This document shows, piece after piece, positions 50,701 to 58,839 of a stretch of 64,000 nucleotides of DNA. Within the stretch, counting starts at the first letter, position 1. Each line of letters starts with the position of its first letter. Source of the DNA: an uncultured virus (IMG/VR IMGVR_UViG_3300008113_010842) (Duplodnaviria > Heunggongvirae > Uroviricota > Caudoviricetes). A program made the position numbers and the translations under genes. The stretch lies in IMG/VR virus record IMGVR_UViG_3300008113_010842; one strand, 5' to 3'. The notes under the pieces were generated by a model that made no database searches, was not told where the DNA came from, and worked only from the letters and a program-made list of their open reading frames with translations.

Positions 50701-52193
50701 AACTCATCATAATCTAAAATTTTTATCACATCATCACTTATATAATTTGAGTTTTTAAATACAGAATTTTTGAAATGAGAATTTATAGATTTTATATTCT
50801 CAAAATATGTATTATTAGATCTTCCATTTTTTATTTCAGAATTAGATACATTGCCACCATTAAAACTACAATTTTCAAAATATGCTTTAATGATATCATT
50901 GTTAAAGTCTAGTCCAGCTGAAGTGTAATAATTCTCTATCACTGAGTAAGTTGTTGTGCTTCCTATACTTGAATTAATTATTGTTCCATTTACGATTGTG
51001 GAACTAATTATATCAGAGTCTATTATAAAATTATAGCCTCTTCCATTATTATTTGGACCAGTTGATTTTTGATTAGGTATTCCATATTCATCAAACTCAG
51101 TGATAAAACTTTCAGGAAGTGTATAAACAGAATCTATTTTTCCCTTTTCCCATATAGTATTTAATACGGTTCCGTTTCTAAAAGTAGAAGTATCTCCTTC
51201 CCAAGTCACCTTTTTATCACTTCTTCCAAAAAGACCTACGTTCCAAGTACCTTTAAAGTTACCTCCTCTAAAGTTTCCTTTTGTGATAAATGGTCTTTCA
51301 TATAATACATCTGTAACCCAAGTTGAGTAAGTTCCAGCAGATGCATCTGGTTCTGGTGCCATATCAAATTTAAATATTAATCCCTCTTCAAACTCTACTA
51401 TACCAGGTCCTATTGAAAAGGTGAAACTCGCATTATTTATCTTTACTCTACTTGCAGTAGAACCCGGTGCAAGTGCCAAAGAGAACGAACCCGTTATGAA
51501 TTCAGATGTTATGTTTGTCCAACTAAAAGTGCCATTTTTTACATAGAAACCAGGACTACCTGTAAGTCCTCCATTTTCACCCCAACCAGCAAATGCTGAA
51601 TAATTTTGGTCAGCATAAATTACATTATTCTTATAATAACTAAATTTGTTATCAAAATTACCACCTTTTGTTGTTATGAATCTGTTGGCATGTTTAAAAT
51701 CTTGCTCATTTCTTATATAGAAAATGTTTATAAAGTCATCAGCTGATTGACTTTCGTAAGGAATTGTACCATTATATGGTATATCTAAAACAATTTTACA
51801 TTTATCTACAAACAAAACTTTATAACCATCTCTACCTTTTTTATACTTATCTGATTTTATAAGTAAGTCACTATCATAATTACCATTTATTATGAATACT
51901 CTATCACCAACTGATAAATTGTGATTGACCTCAGTATAAAAAAGTGTATAAGTCACACCGGCTGCTTGTGTATTTGAAAGACTACCTTGGATTATATAAG
52001 GTTCTACCCAGTTTAGTAATCTTGGACTAAAAGGTTTGTTAGCATCAGAAACTAAGCCTGCTAAGGGATCTACTCCTACTAAATTTATCTGGTCACCTGC
52101 TTCAGCCTGATCTTCAGGTGAAAGAAGCATTGGTTTAAGAGATATTATTTTTTTTATCTTAGGTGATATTAAAGAAGTAGAAAATGTACCCAT
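47709..52193 (-). CDS. Giant putative virion protein with extensive G-x-W/F pentapeptide repeats
   Basis: 1494 aa; WHNGIFNGGEFVTNGKWKTGTFNGGKF and similar; TAATATATA at 52213-52221. Confidence 0.6.
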   Translation of the reverse strand: MGTFSTSLISPKIKKIISLKPMLLSPEDQAEAGDQINLVGVDPLAGLVSDANKPFSPRLLNWVEPYIIQGSLSNTQAAGVTYTLFYTEVNHNLSVGDRVFIINGNYDSDLLIKSDKYKKGRDGYKVLFVDKCKIVLDIPYNGTIPYESQSADDFINIFYIRNEQDFKHANRFITTKGGNFDNKFSYYKNNVIYADQNYSAFAGWGENGGLTGSPGFYVKNGTFSWTNITSEFITGSFSLALAPGSTASRVKINNASFTFSIGPGIVEFEEGLIFKFDMAPEPDASAGTYSTWVTDVLYERPFITKGNFRGGNFKGTWNVGLFGRSDKKVTWEGDTSTFRNGTVLNTIWEKGKIDSVYTLPESFITEFDEYGIPNQKSTGPNNNGRGYNFIIDSDIISSTIVNGTIINSSIGSTTTYSVIENYYTSAGLDFNNDIIKAYFENCSFNGGNVSNSEIKNGRSNNTYFENIKSINSHFKNSVFKNSNYISDDVIKILDYDEFNYAEVSSIQDASHKVYKFYIEKKDYERLKIRDRFYVKGLNYNTTLNNPITIFDNRFRLSSYTDYVDAFNLGTSFPNTATYSFYKRGIEVAAYLSTPADNEYKYNTVITGSFSRDTYIVDSNNKKGYSLDIVVSKYDKNLVSVGDLDFNRSTNESFTYSLTMSNVLGNIIDVTKAYILDSDFESGLFENSDWNAGYHINYNNDVNITENSAIGKYYNINLSTASTIVATTTYDLNYRESGENCLTPGNVVYLNSVDYDTRGQIFSFTISTAGSSYSSSVGVTGIGGSGTGAIFEITATGGSVSSATLSNVGLGYEAGDILTLQSGNSNSFIIVTSVTGSIVRLPDTYKITQNLGNTIYLEELISGSTSVISGLTGGGLFYTTDAQNRYGYIYKAKFKKSKIKSGVFKRSYITESLIENQEFDTTDRDLTNNLNAKKLLIYESLFSNTSNILSKALYMNSYFIKGSDSYNNGIVSNSIWIGQTFSDGIFRQGRWVDGLFAKGLFYDSKSFNKTSTINNPYYESENIRSYYKDGMTSDVNFNNRNSWQNGTFSSGEILKSDWENGFIEYAKIVNSNFYNGKIKDALIGDDTLNYNVTNIIGGSISFATVENANLFAEDVSYYGLSGSSIDWYDGIFQNGVFGCDLDYIVDYKALWHNGIFNGGEFVTNGKWKTGTFNGGKFISGNGWTFSQTYDTLSNNKIEYTWEDGVFNGGEFGSAQLATNSCWYSGEFNGGTFKGRFWNDGLFTFGKFEGSATISSVGGASNSNASDFTDSFSQSFYGLWRNGFVTNIKDKFIVAEKIFTEATSLKKLFIKKPMSYIENALWLSGTFSHQRATMVNCVWLDGTFERGYFNSGSFNPFVKRPGDAQKSFNLNDDSCYWQNGEFKNGDFNISVWNDGKFVIGTAYGMIFKNGVSEYMNAFNVFWDNGLWRNGNWYGSSFQYNGIVEDPFVKDILDRGFQYSGNTSSHIWNLFDNTINNNIIASASASTITTYVLPGMR

Positions 52194-52261
52194 TTAATTT
52201 GAAACTTTTGATTATATATTAATTTTATTCAAGTTTCTATTATATTAAAACTTAAATTACT

Positions 52262-52269
52262 TATCTTTG
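52262..52269 (+). promoter_or_regulatory. Bacteroidota-type -7 element TATCTTTG
   Basis: 9 nt upstream of the sirtuin ATG; -33 element not obvious. Confidence 0.55.
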
Positions 52270-52278
52270 TAAAATAAT

Positions 52279-53001
52279 ATGGAAAAAATGAAAATTTTAA
52301 TTTTTACTGGTGCTGGAGTTTCAGCGGAAAGTGGAGTTGCGACTTTTAGAACTGGTGATGATGGATTATGGTATAATCACAGAGTAGAGGATGTTGCTAC
52401 ATTTGATGGTTGGCGTAGAGATAAAGAAAAGGTCTTAAATTTCTACAATTTGCGTCGTGCTCAATTAAAAGAAGTAGAACCTAATTTAGCACACCAAATA
52501 ATTGCTGATTTAGAAAAAGACTTTGATGTTACAGTTGTGACACAAAATGTTGATAATCTTCACGAAAGAGCTGGTTCAACTAAAGTAGTTCACTTACACG
52601 GTGAATTAACAAAAGTCAGATCTACTTTAGATCCTACTTTAATTTACGATTGGGTAGAAGATTGTAATGTTGGTGATAAATGTGAGAAAGGTTCACAATT
52701 GAGACCTCATATTGTTTGGTTTGGTGAAAACTTAAATCCTAAAATGATTGAAAGAGCTGAAGAAGCCGCTTATGAATGTGATGTTTGTGTTATTGTAGGA
52801 ACTTCGATGCAAGTTGCACCGGCTAATCAAATTCCATTTTTAACAAAACCAAATACACTTATCTATGTAGTTGATCCATCTGATATGGATTTTCATATAG
52901 ATAAACAAAGAAGACCGTTTTTGACACACATTCAAGAAGTTGCATCTACCGGTATGGAAAAGATTATGAGTGATTTAAAAAGTATTAACAATCAAAATTA
53001 A
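52279..53001 (+). CDS. cobB: Sir2/CobB NAD-dependent deacylase
   Basis: TGAGVSAESGVATFR, TQNVDNLHERAG, HLHGEL, LRPHIVWFGE, VGTSMQVAPA. Confidence 0.95.
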   Translation: MEKMKILIFTGAGVSAESGVATFRTGDDGLWYNHRVEDVATFDGWRRDKEKVLNFYNLRRAQLKEVEPNLAHQIIADLEKDFDVTVVTQNVDNLHERAGSTKVVHLHGELTKVRSTLDPTLIYDWVEDCNVGDKCEKGSQLRPHIVWFGENLNPKMIERAEEAAYECDVCVIVGTSMQVAPANQIPFLTKPNTLIYVVDPSDMDFHIDKQRRPFLTHIQEVASTGMEKIMSDLKSINNQN

Positions 53002-53267
53002 ATAACACAGAAACAAACATTTTTGACAGTGAATACTGGAAACTTTTAGAAAGACAAGGTATTAATAGATATCTTAAATTAGATAATAACTTAGTTATTA
53101 TTACTGATATCTTAAAAAAGAAAAGAAAAAAAGGTGGTAAAGTAAACCAAGTTTATTATGTCACTGAGTGTGGAATAACAAAACATGCATCATTCTTTTC
53201 TAAAATAGACAAAAGAGATATTTTACAAATTAAAAGGGATTTAAAATTACAAAAACTAGGACTATGA
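52989..53267 (+). CDS. Open frame of about 92 codons with no ATG/GTG/TTG start, ending KRDLKLQKLGL (absent from ORF track)
   Basis: Stop-free from 52989 to TGA 53265-53267, fills the gap, ATGA overlap with the next gene, carries the shared C-terminal motif. Confidence 0.55.
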   Translation, partial: QSKLNNTETNIFDSEYWKLLERQGINRYLKLDNNLVIITDILKKKRKKGGKVNQVYYVTECGITKHASFFSKIDKRDILQIKRDLKLQKLGL

Positions 53268-53470
53268 AAAATAAATACAAAAGTATCTACAGCACATATA
53301 ATGACTATAATATTGATTATAAAGACTATGGTAAATATGTTAATATAACAGACTATATCAATGAGTATAATGTTGATTGGGTAGAATATAAACCCGAAAC
53401 AAAAGAAGAAAAACTAGCTCGTGAAAAGGCGGAAAAAAGAAATTCTAAAATCGACCAAATCTTAGGATAA
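53264..53470 (+). CDS. Small hypothetical protein ending KRNSKIDQILG
   Basis: 68 aa; coupled overlaps on both sides. Confidence 0.65.
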   Translation: MKNKYKSIYSTYNDYNIDYKDYGKYVNITDYINEYNVDWVEYKPETKEEKLAREKAEKRNSKIDQILG

Positions 53471-54006
53471 TGGAATGGATAATCGCCTTTAGTATAGTGA
53501 TTACAATTTTTTTGACTATATTATCAATACCTTCTTGGGTTGAAGTTTATAAATTAGGTTGGAAAGAATATATTGAAAGTTGGAAGTCTATTTCTTTACT
53601 TAAAAAAGGTCTAAATTTGTCTTATAAAATAGAAAAAACACAAACTTTAAATTATAATTATTATAATGGTAAAACTAAATCAGTTACCTCCAAAGTTACA
53701 GATTATTATTACCCAATATTTAAAAATGGTGATGTTATAATAATTAAAAGTTCCGAGAGTCCTTTTTCAACGATATATGTCATTTTTAACCGTAAAATGA
53801 ATGGTAAATGGGTTGAAAATACAACTGAACTTAAGACGAGTCAGTGTCCCTGGCAACAATTATTTATTGATATCGTTAAAAATAAATTGATTAAGTTAAG
53901 AGAATCTTCTCTTAAATTAGAAAATGTGAATAAACTAGAAGAAGTTATTTATTCTGATTTATTGGAAAGAGATAGAGATAATAAGATTAATTTATTATTA
54001 AATTAG
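53470..54006 (+). CDS. Membrane-anchored hypothetical protein ending RDNKINLLLN
   Basis: N-terminal hydrophobic helix; 178 aa. Confidence 0.65.
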   Translation: MEWIIAFSIVITIFLTILSIPSWVEVYKLGWKEYIESWKSISLLKKGLNLSYKIEKTQTLNYNYYNGKTKSVTSKVTDYYYPIFKNGDVIIIKSSESPFSTIYVIFNRKMNGKWVENTTELKTSQCPWQQLFIDIVKNKLIKLRESSLKLENVNKLEEVIYSDLLERDRDNKINLLLN

Positions 54007-54362
54007 TCTTCTTTCTTAAAAGAAGATGGTGTTATTAAATTTTGTTGTTTAAAAACCTTTAATAAAATGAAAACTAATGTACCTCCTGGTAAGATAGATA
54101 ATGATGTTAAACCAAGCATTTTTAAAATATCAACTGATTGTTGTTTTATAAATCTTATTTCTTCTTCTGATAAATCCCTTTTTTTACCTTCAACATCTAA
54201 TAACTCACCTTTTGATGCTTTACTTAATAAGTCGTAAGCCTGTCTCGTTTCATCACCTTCATTTTTTAGTTTTCTTTTGAATTCTTGGAAATTGTTTTTC
54301 AAATCCTCTATAAGTTGAGATGGATCAATCAGGTAATCTTTTATAGATTTTATGTATTTCAT
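54003..54362 (-). CDS. Hypothetical protein with hydrophobic LPGG hairpin (possibly LETM1-like) and MKYIKS leader
   Basis: ILKMLGLTSLSILPGGTLVFILLKVF..ITPSSF; TAATATATA 6 nt upstream. Confidence 0.55.
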   Translation of the reverse strand: MKYIKSIKDYLIDPSQLIEDLKNNFQEFKRKLKNEGDETRQAYDLLSKASKGELLDVEGKKRDLSEEEIRFIKQQSVDILKMLGLTSLSILPGGTLVFILLKVFKQQNLITPSSFKKED

Positions 54363-54414
54363 TATAATTATATATTATTTTACAAACAATCAAAAGTTTA
54401 TTTTTTATAATTAT

Positions 54415-54603
54415 ATGAATAATAAAGAAAATTTAGATATTTTTGGACAATTACTTAACGGAAAACAAGTTATAATTGGAAAACCGCGACAGGTAGGAAA
54501 AACCTATGCTACACAATTATTTAGAGATTGGAAAGTCACTTTTAATAAACACTCTCGTGCTCAGGATAGAAAAGAAAGTATAAAAAAACTTTTTAATATA
54601 TAA
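54415..54603 (+). CDS. 62-aa mini-protein with a terminase-type Walker A (KPRQVGKT) plus RKESIKKLF tail
   Basis: ATG at 54415 directly behind AAAC-N18-TATAAT (54384-54411); VIIGKPRQVGKTY. Confidence 0.6.
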   Translation: MNNKENLDIFGQLLNGKQVIIGKPRQVGKTYATQLFRDWKVTFNKHSRAQDRKESIKKLFNI

Positions 54604-54621
54604 TCAAAAATTAAATTTTTT

Positions 54622-55179
54622 ATGAATTTACAAGAATTACTTAATAAATGGAATATCAAATGTGATGTTAACACACTTCTTTCAATGTGGAATGAATCAC
54701 ATAGACACTATCACAACTTAAATCACTTAAATGATTTAATTGACCAAATCAATGAGAATAAGGGTAAATTCTCTGAAAAAGAATATGAGAAGTTAATGTT
54801 AACAGCTCTTTTCCACGACTGTGTTTATGATCCAATGAGTTCAACAAATGAGGAAGACTCTGCTAACTTTTTAATGGAGTGTTCTATTGATAAGACTAAT
54901 TTAGATGTTTTAGAAGTAAAACAGATGATTTTAGATACAAAGACCCATCAATCTACAACAAACCTTTCAGAGACATTTAATCACTATGATATGAGTATTG
55001 TAGAAAGAGATTTTGACCAATTATTGGAATGGGAAAGAGGAATTTCTGAAGAGTTTTCAGTTTATCCTAAAGATGAATATAAAGAGGGTAGATTGAAGTT
55101 TTTAGAATCCGTTATGGATAACTATCCAAATAATACAGAAAATTTATTAAAACTAATAGATTACGTAAAATCAAATTAA
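54622..55179 (+). CDS. HD-superfamily phosphohydrolase
   Basis: RHYHNLNHL, ALFHDCVYDP, NEEDSA, ILDTKTH. Confidence 0.85.
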   Translation: MNLQELLNKWNIKCDVNTLLSMWNESHRHYHNLNHLNDLIDQINENKGKFSEKEYEKLMLTALFHDCVYDPMSSTNEEDSANFLMECSIDKTNLDVLEVKQMILDTKTHQSTTNLSETFNHYDMSIVERDFDQLLEWERGISEEFSVYPKDEYKEGRLKFLESVMDNYPNNTENLLKLIDYVKSN

Positions 55180-55184
55180 AAAAG

Positions 55185-55213
55185 AAAACCTCTCAAATTC
55201 TGAGAGGTTTTTT
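55185..55213. terminator. Bidirectional terminator
   Basis: AAAACCTCTCA-AATTC-TGAGAGGTTTT between convergent genes. Confidence 0.85.
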
Positions 55214-55225
55214 ATTATAAATCAC

Positions 55226-55927
55226 TTATTGTTTATACTGATATCCGTTTTTCTTAGCGAACTCTTTTGCTATATTGACCAGTTTATCCTTCTTTGGGCT
55301 TCTATCAAGGTCCATTCCGAATCCTCGATAGAGTTGAACCGTTTTACTATTGTCATCGATTTTAATCAATGTAACTTCTCTATTTTTTTCCATTTTATCA
55401 CTTACATATTCCCAACCAGAACCAACTAAGTGAGAGATTCCATTTTCAACAGGAGTTCTTTTCAAACCCATAAATTTATTAGCATCCATAGAGTATTCTA
55501 ATTTAGATTTATTTATAGATCTCTTAGGTTTTATAACCAAACAAACATCTGTGAATTTAAGTATTTCACATTCTAACATATCACCATAATTTTCATCAAT
55601 ATATTTTTTAACGTTTTCTGAATAGCTTTTACATTTCTCTTTATCCATACCTGGTTGAAAAAATAACTTAGTAGATCCTCCTATTGACGGTCTATCGTCA
55701 TCATTCATAACTAAATAAGCATTGTAATTTCCACCATCATATAAATTTTTACTAGGTATAAATTTTGTGAATTCGGTCTCATTGTCAAATTTATGCAATC
55801 CAAATTTTACAATTAATCCCATTTTTCTTAGTTCATTTACTAACTTCTTAAAAATTGATTTTAACTCAAGATTAGTATTTGCTGCCTCTTCTATTAAAAA
55901 GTTTTCAAATAATTTAATATGTTTCAT
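55226..55927 (-). CDS. Hypothetical protein with MKHIKLFENFLIEE leader
   Basis: 233 aa; TAATATATA at 55950-55958. Confidence 0.7.
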   Translation of the reverse strand: MKHIKLFENFLIEEAANTNLELKSIFKKLVNELRKMGLIVKFGLHKFDNETEFTKFIPSKNLYDGGNYNAYLVMNDDDRPSIGGSTKLFFQPGMDKEKCKSYSENVKKYIDENYGDMLECEILKFTDVCLVIKPKRSINKSKLEYSMDANKFMGLKRTPVENGISHLVGSGWEYVSDKMEKNREVTLIKIDDNSKTVQLYRGFGMDLDRSPKKDKLVNIAKEFAKKNGYQYKQ

Positions 55928-56006
55928 ATTATCTCTTTTTTTTCTGATTTATATATTAAACTTTTCAACTCAAATATTATACTATTTGTATTAAAATTTT
56001 AAAACA

Positions 56007-56942
56007 ATGGCACAAATAGAAATCACCGTATCTGGTAGAATTCCAAAGTATTTTTTTGGAGCATTAAATGAAAAGTATCGGGAAGAAGTAAAACAAGCTC
56101 TTCAGTATTGCAACTTTGATGAAGTTGAAACAGAAAATGAGTTTTTAGAAAGAATTTTTGCACTAACTTTAGATGGTTGGGGTGATCCTGTGGAAGAACT
56201 TTACAATGCAATTTCTAAAGAAAACTTAGAGAAACTTCCTAACTTTAATGAATTAGTAAATGATTTTATCGAAAATGGTGGAAGCCATTTAGAAATGATT
56301 GATTGTCTTTTTGATTCAGTTAGTATGTATAAATATGGATCAAACTATGGAGTTTCTTTCTTTGAAGATGATGCTTATATCACTGTTAAAAACTGTGAAA
56401 CTGATGAAGTTTTAGTAGAAGAAACAAAATTAGAAGATTTTATTTCTGGAGGTCAAGAAAATATGTGGGCTGAAGAAGTCGAAGAAGGTGGTGAAGGATA
56501 TGAAGATTTAGTTAGATTAAACGAATTTCAATCCAAAAATACCGACTTTGGATTTGATGCAGAAAGTGACTATTTTAGTTGGCATAAAAATGAATTAGGA
56601 TCTACTTTTCTTTCTACAAGTTTAAATTATCCAGAATTAGAAAAATTCTATGAATCTCATCCACATGAAGAACAAGCAACTGTTTATTTTGATGATATCA
56701 CAGAATGGACATTTTTTGTTGATACTGAAGATGAAGATTTTGATTTTAAAAACTTAACATTTGTAAATTATTCAGGAGGTGAAGAGTTTAGAAATAGTGC
56801 TTGTGATATTGTTTTCAGTCACCTATTTTATAAAAATGAACTTATCAATCCAGAAGAAAATTGGATTAGAGATAAAGGAATTTCACTTATGTATGGTGAA
56901 TCAAGAGGATTAGAATCATTAGGATTTTTCCTTTACCAATAA
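56007..56942 (+). CDS. Highly acidic hypothetical protein
   Basis: 311 aa, D/E-rich; AAAC-N18-TACTAT upstream. Confidence 0.7.
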   Translation: MAQIEITVSGRIPKYFFGALNEKYREEVKQALQYCNFDEVETENEFLERIFALTLDGWGDPVEELYNAISKENLEKLPNFNELVNDFIENGGSHLEMIDCLFDSVSMYKYGSNYGVSFFEDDAYITVKNCETDEVLVEETKLEDFISGGQENMWAEEVEEGGEGYEDLVRLNEFQSKNTDFGFDAESDYFSWHKNELGSTFLSTSLNYPELEKFYESHPHEEQATVYFDDITEWTFFVDTEDEDFDFKNLTFVNYSGGEEFRNSACDIVFSHLFYKNELINPEENWIRDKGISLMYGESRGLESLGFFLYQ

Positions 56943-56972
56943 AAAAAGAGGTCAAATAGACCTCTTTTTTTT
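56941..56972. terminator. Bidirectional terminator
   Basis: AAAAAAAGAGGTC-AAATA-GACCTCTTTTTTTT. Confidence 0.85.
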
Positions 56973-56976
56973 GTTT

Positions 56977-57702
56977 TTAATAATTCATAATTATCCACTC
57001 AGTTCCCATTATGGTCTTTTTAGATTCAAATCTACATCCAGAATATAATTCTTCAATTCCATCAAAGTGGTAATAAGAAAGTAGAAATCTTCCCTTTATG
57101 TTCATCAATTGATTGGCTAATTCATAGTGAGATTCTTCACTAAAGTCATGATTTATATAATACTTTTCTCTTCCCATATAAGGAGGATCCAAATAAAAGA
57201 AAGTAGATTCTGAGTCATATTGATTTATAACTTCTTTATAATCTAAATTTAAAATTTCTGTAATTTTTGAGATTTGATACTCATATGCCTTCCACTTTAA
57301 TTTAAAAACCTCAAACTCCATATCACTTCTCCAAGAATCTTTCCCAATTTCATTAGGAGCAGAACAAGTTAAGACAATAAGCCAATTTATTGCCTTTGTC
57401 ATCAGGTCTGTGTCTTCAAATATTTCTTTGATAGATTTTTGATAGTATTCTTTATCTACTTTAATACCTTTAACAATTTCAATAAATCTCGGATCATTTT
57501 TAAGAAGATAAAAAAGATTAAAATTTAATTTATTAATGTCGTTATAGATAAATTTTACATCTCTGAACTTTGAAAAGTCCAATGAAAAGAAAACTCCAAA
57601 CATTCCAGCAAAGGGTTCTACATAAGTAGAAATATCTTTAGGAATATTTGGAGTTATAAAACTAGCAAATTTTGACTTTTCACCTAAATAAGGTATCAAC
57701 AT
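56977..57702 (-). CDS. DNA adenine methyltransferase (Dam/D12 class)
   Basis: PYLGEK, YVEPFAG, YNDIN, FFYLDPPY. Confidence 0.9.
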   Translation of the reverse strand: MLIPYLGEKSKFASFITPNIPKDISTYVEPFAGMFGVFFSLDFSKFRDVKFIYNDINKLNFNLFYLLKNDPRFIEIVKGIKVDKEYYQKSIKEIFEDTDLMTKAINWLIVLTCSAPNEIGKDSWRSDMEFEVFKLKWKAYEYQISKITEILNLDYKEVINQYDSESTFFYLDPPYMGREKYYINHDFSEESHYELANQLMNIKGRFLLSYYHFDGIEELYSGCRFESKKTIMGTEWIIMNY

Positions 57703-58809
57703 TTACTTTTTAAATTCTTTTTTGTCATTTGAAATATAGAAGTTATCGAATTGATAATATTTGTCATAAACCTCTAACACTTTCTTAAGATTTACCTCGT
57801 CTAAGATATCATAAACAGACCAACCTTCAGGATTGATATACTGATTTACACTTTTATATCTTAAAATCTCATCTTTTTGCATTCTTACTGTATAGTAATC
57901 TTTAACTAGGTTAAATCTATCTTTAGTTAAGAATTTCTTAGGATTTTTAATCACACCTTCAACAGCATCAACAACTGCATTAAAGTTTCTATTTGATGTT
58001 TGAGTTGAGATTGAGTTTAAACCTTGGTTGTTCATTCTGCTTTGATAACAATGAACATAATAAACTAAACCTCTTTTTTCTCTTATTTCTTGATAAAGTG
58101 GTGATTTTAAACCTAAAGATAACATAGCATTAATAAAGTGTATGTAAGCAAAATCTTCATTGATTACTGGAGAAAGAATTGCAATTGAAGTTTTGTCTTT
58201 CCAATCATTATTTAATTCTAAAGGAACATTGTGATTTCCATAAGAAATCGGTTTGATAATTGTTCTTTCTGCGAAATCTAATGTAGGATTTTTATAGTCT
58301 TTTTTGGATACATTAATAATCTTTGTAGGTTTTGCATATTGTAATTCAAAGAAATTTAAACAATCCATAAATTTAAGATTTTCTAAGTCTTCTTTTAAAC
58401 CAATTGGATCAAAGTCACCAAATAGTTTTCTTGAAAGGTTTAACATATGACATTGTGTTTGCTCATTGAAAGAGTCCATATATTCTTCTAATACAATGTT
58501 TCTTTCATTTTCGAACTCTGCCTTTTTAACATTGAAACCACCAAGTAAATCCATAAACTCACCTTTCCATTTATTAACTTTATCTTCCAGTCCTGTTAAA
58601 TAAAAACAAATTTCGTTGGAACTTGTAAATGCGTTCCACTCTATTCCGTCTCTATCAAAATCTTCTTGAAGATGGTCAAAATTTTTACACATAAGGTGTT
58701 CCATTAGGTGTGATATACCATACCATCCTTTTTTCTCAAGGTTTGTTGAACCTTCATAGACCACATAGAATCCCGAAAGGTCTGTTTGACTTTTTAAATT
58801 TACTATCAT
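57703..58809 (-). CDS. M16 (pitrilysin/insulinase) family zinc peptidase
   Basis: GISHLMEHL (HxxEH), WNAFTS, ERNIVLEE, LYQEIREKRGLVY. Confidence 0.92.
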   Translation of the reverse strand: MIVNLKSQTDLSGFYVVYEGSTNLEKKGWYGISHLMEHLMCKNFDHLQEDFDRDGIEWNAFTSSNEICFYLTGLEDKVNKWKGEFMDLLGGFNVKKAEFENERNIVLEEYMDSFNEQTQCHMLNLSRKLFGDFDPIGLKEDLENLKFMDCLNFFELQYAKPTKIINVSKKDYKNPTLDFAERTIIKPISYGNHNVPLELNNDWKDKTSIAILSPVINEDFAYIHFINAMLSLGLKSPLYQEIREKRGLVYYVHCYQSRMNNQGLNSISTQTSNRNFNAVVDAVEGVIKNPKKFLTKDRFNLVKDYYTVRMQKDEILRYKSVNQYINPEGWSVYDILDEVNLKKVLEVYDKYYQFDNFYISNDKKEFKK

Positions 58810-58839
58810 AATATTTATACTTTTTATTTAATTTATTGT

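Noticed and set aside
52279..53001. Sirtuin as a defence-type SIR2 NADase (Thoeris/DSR)
   Set aside because: The sequence is a canonical CobB-type deacylase with no partner domains.
54352..54414. N-terminal extension of the 83-aa ORF call
   Set aside because: Overlaps the divergent gene start and promoter motifs; ATG at 54415 is the more plausible start.
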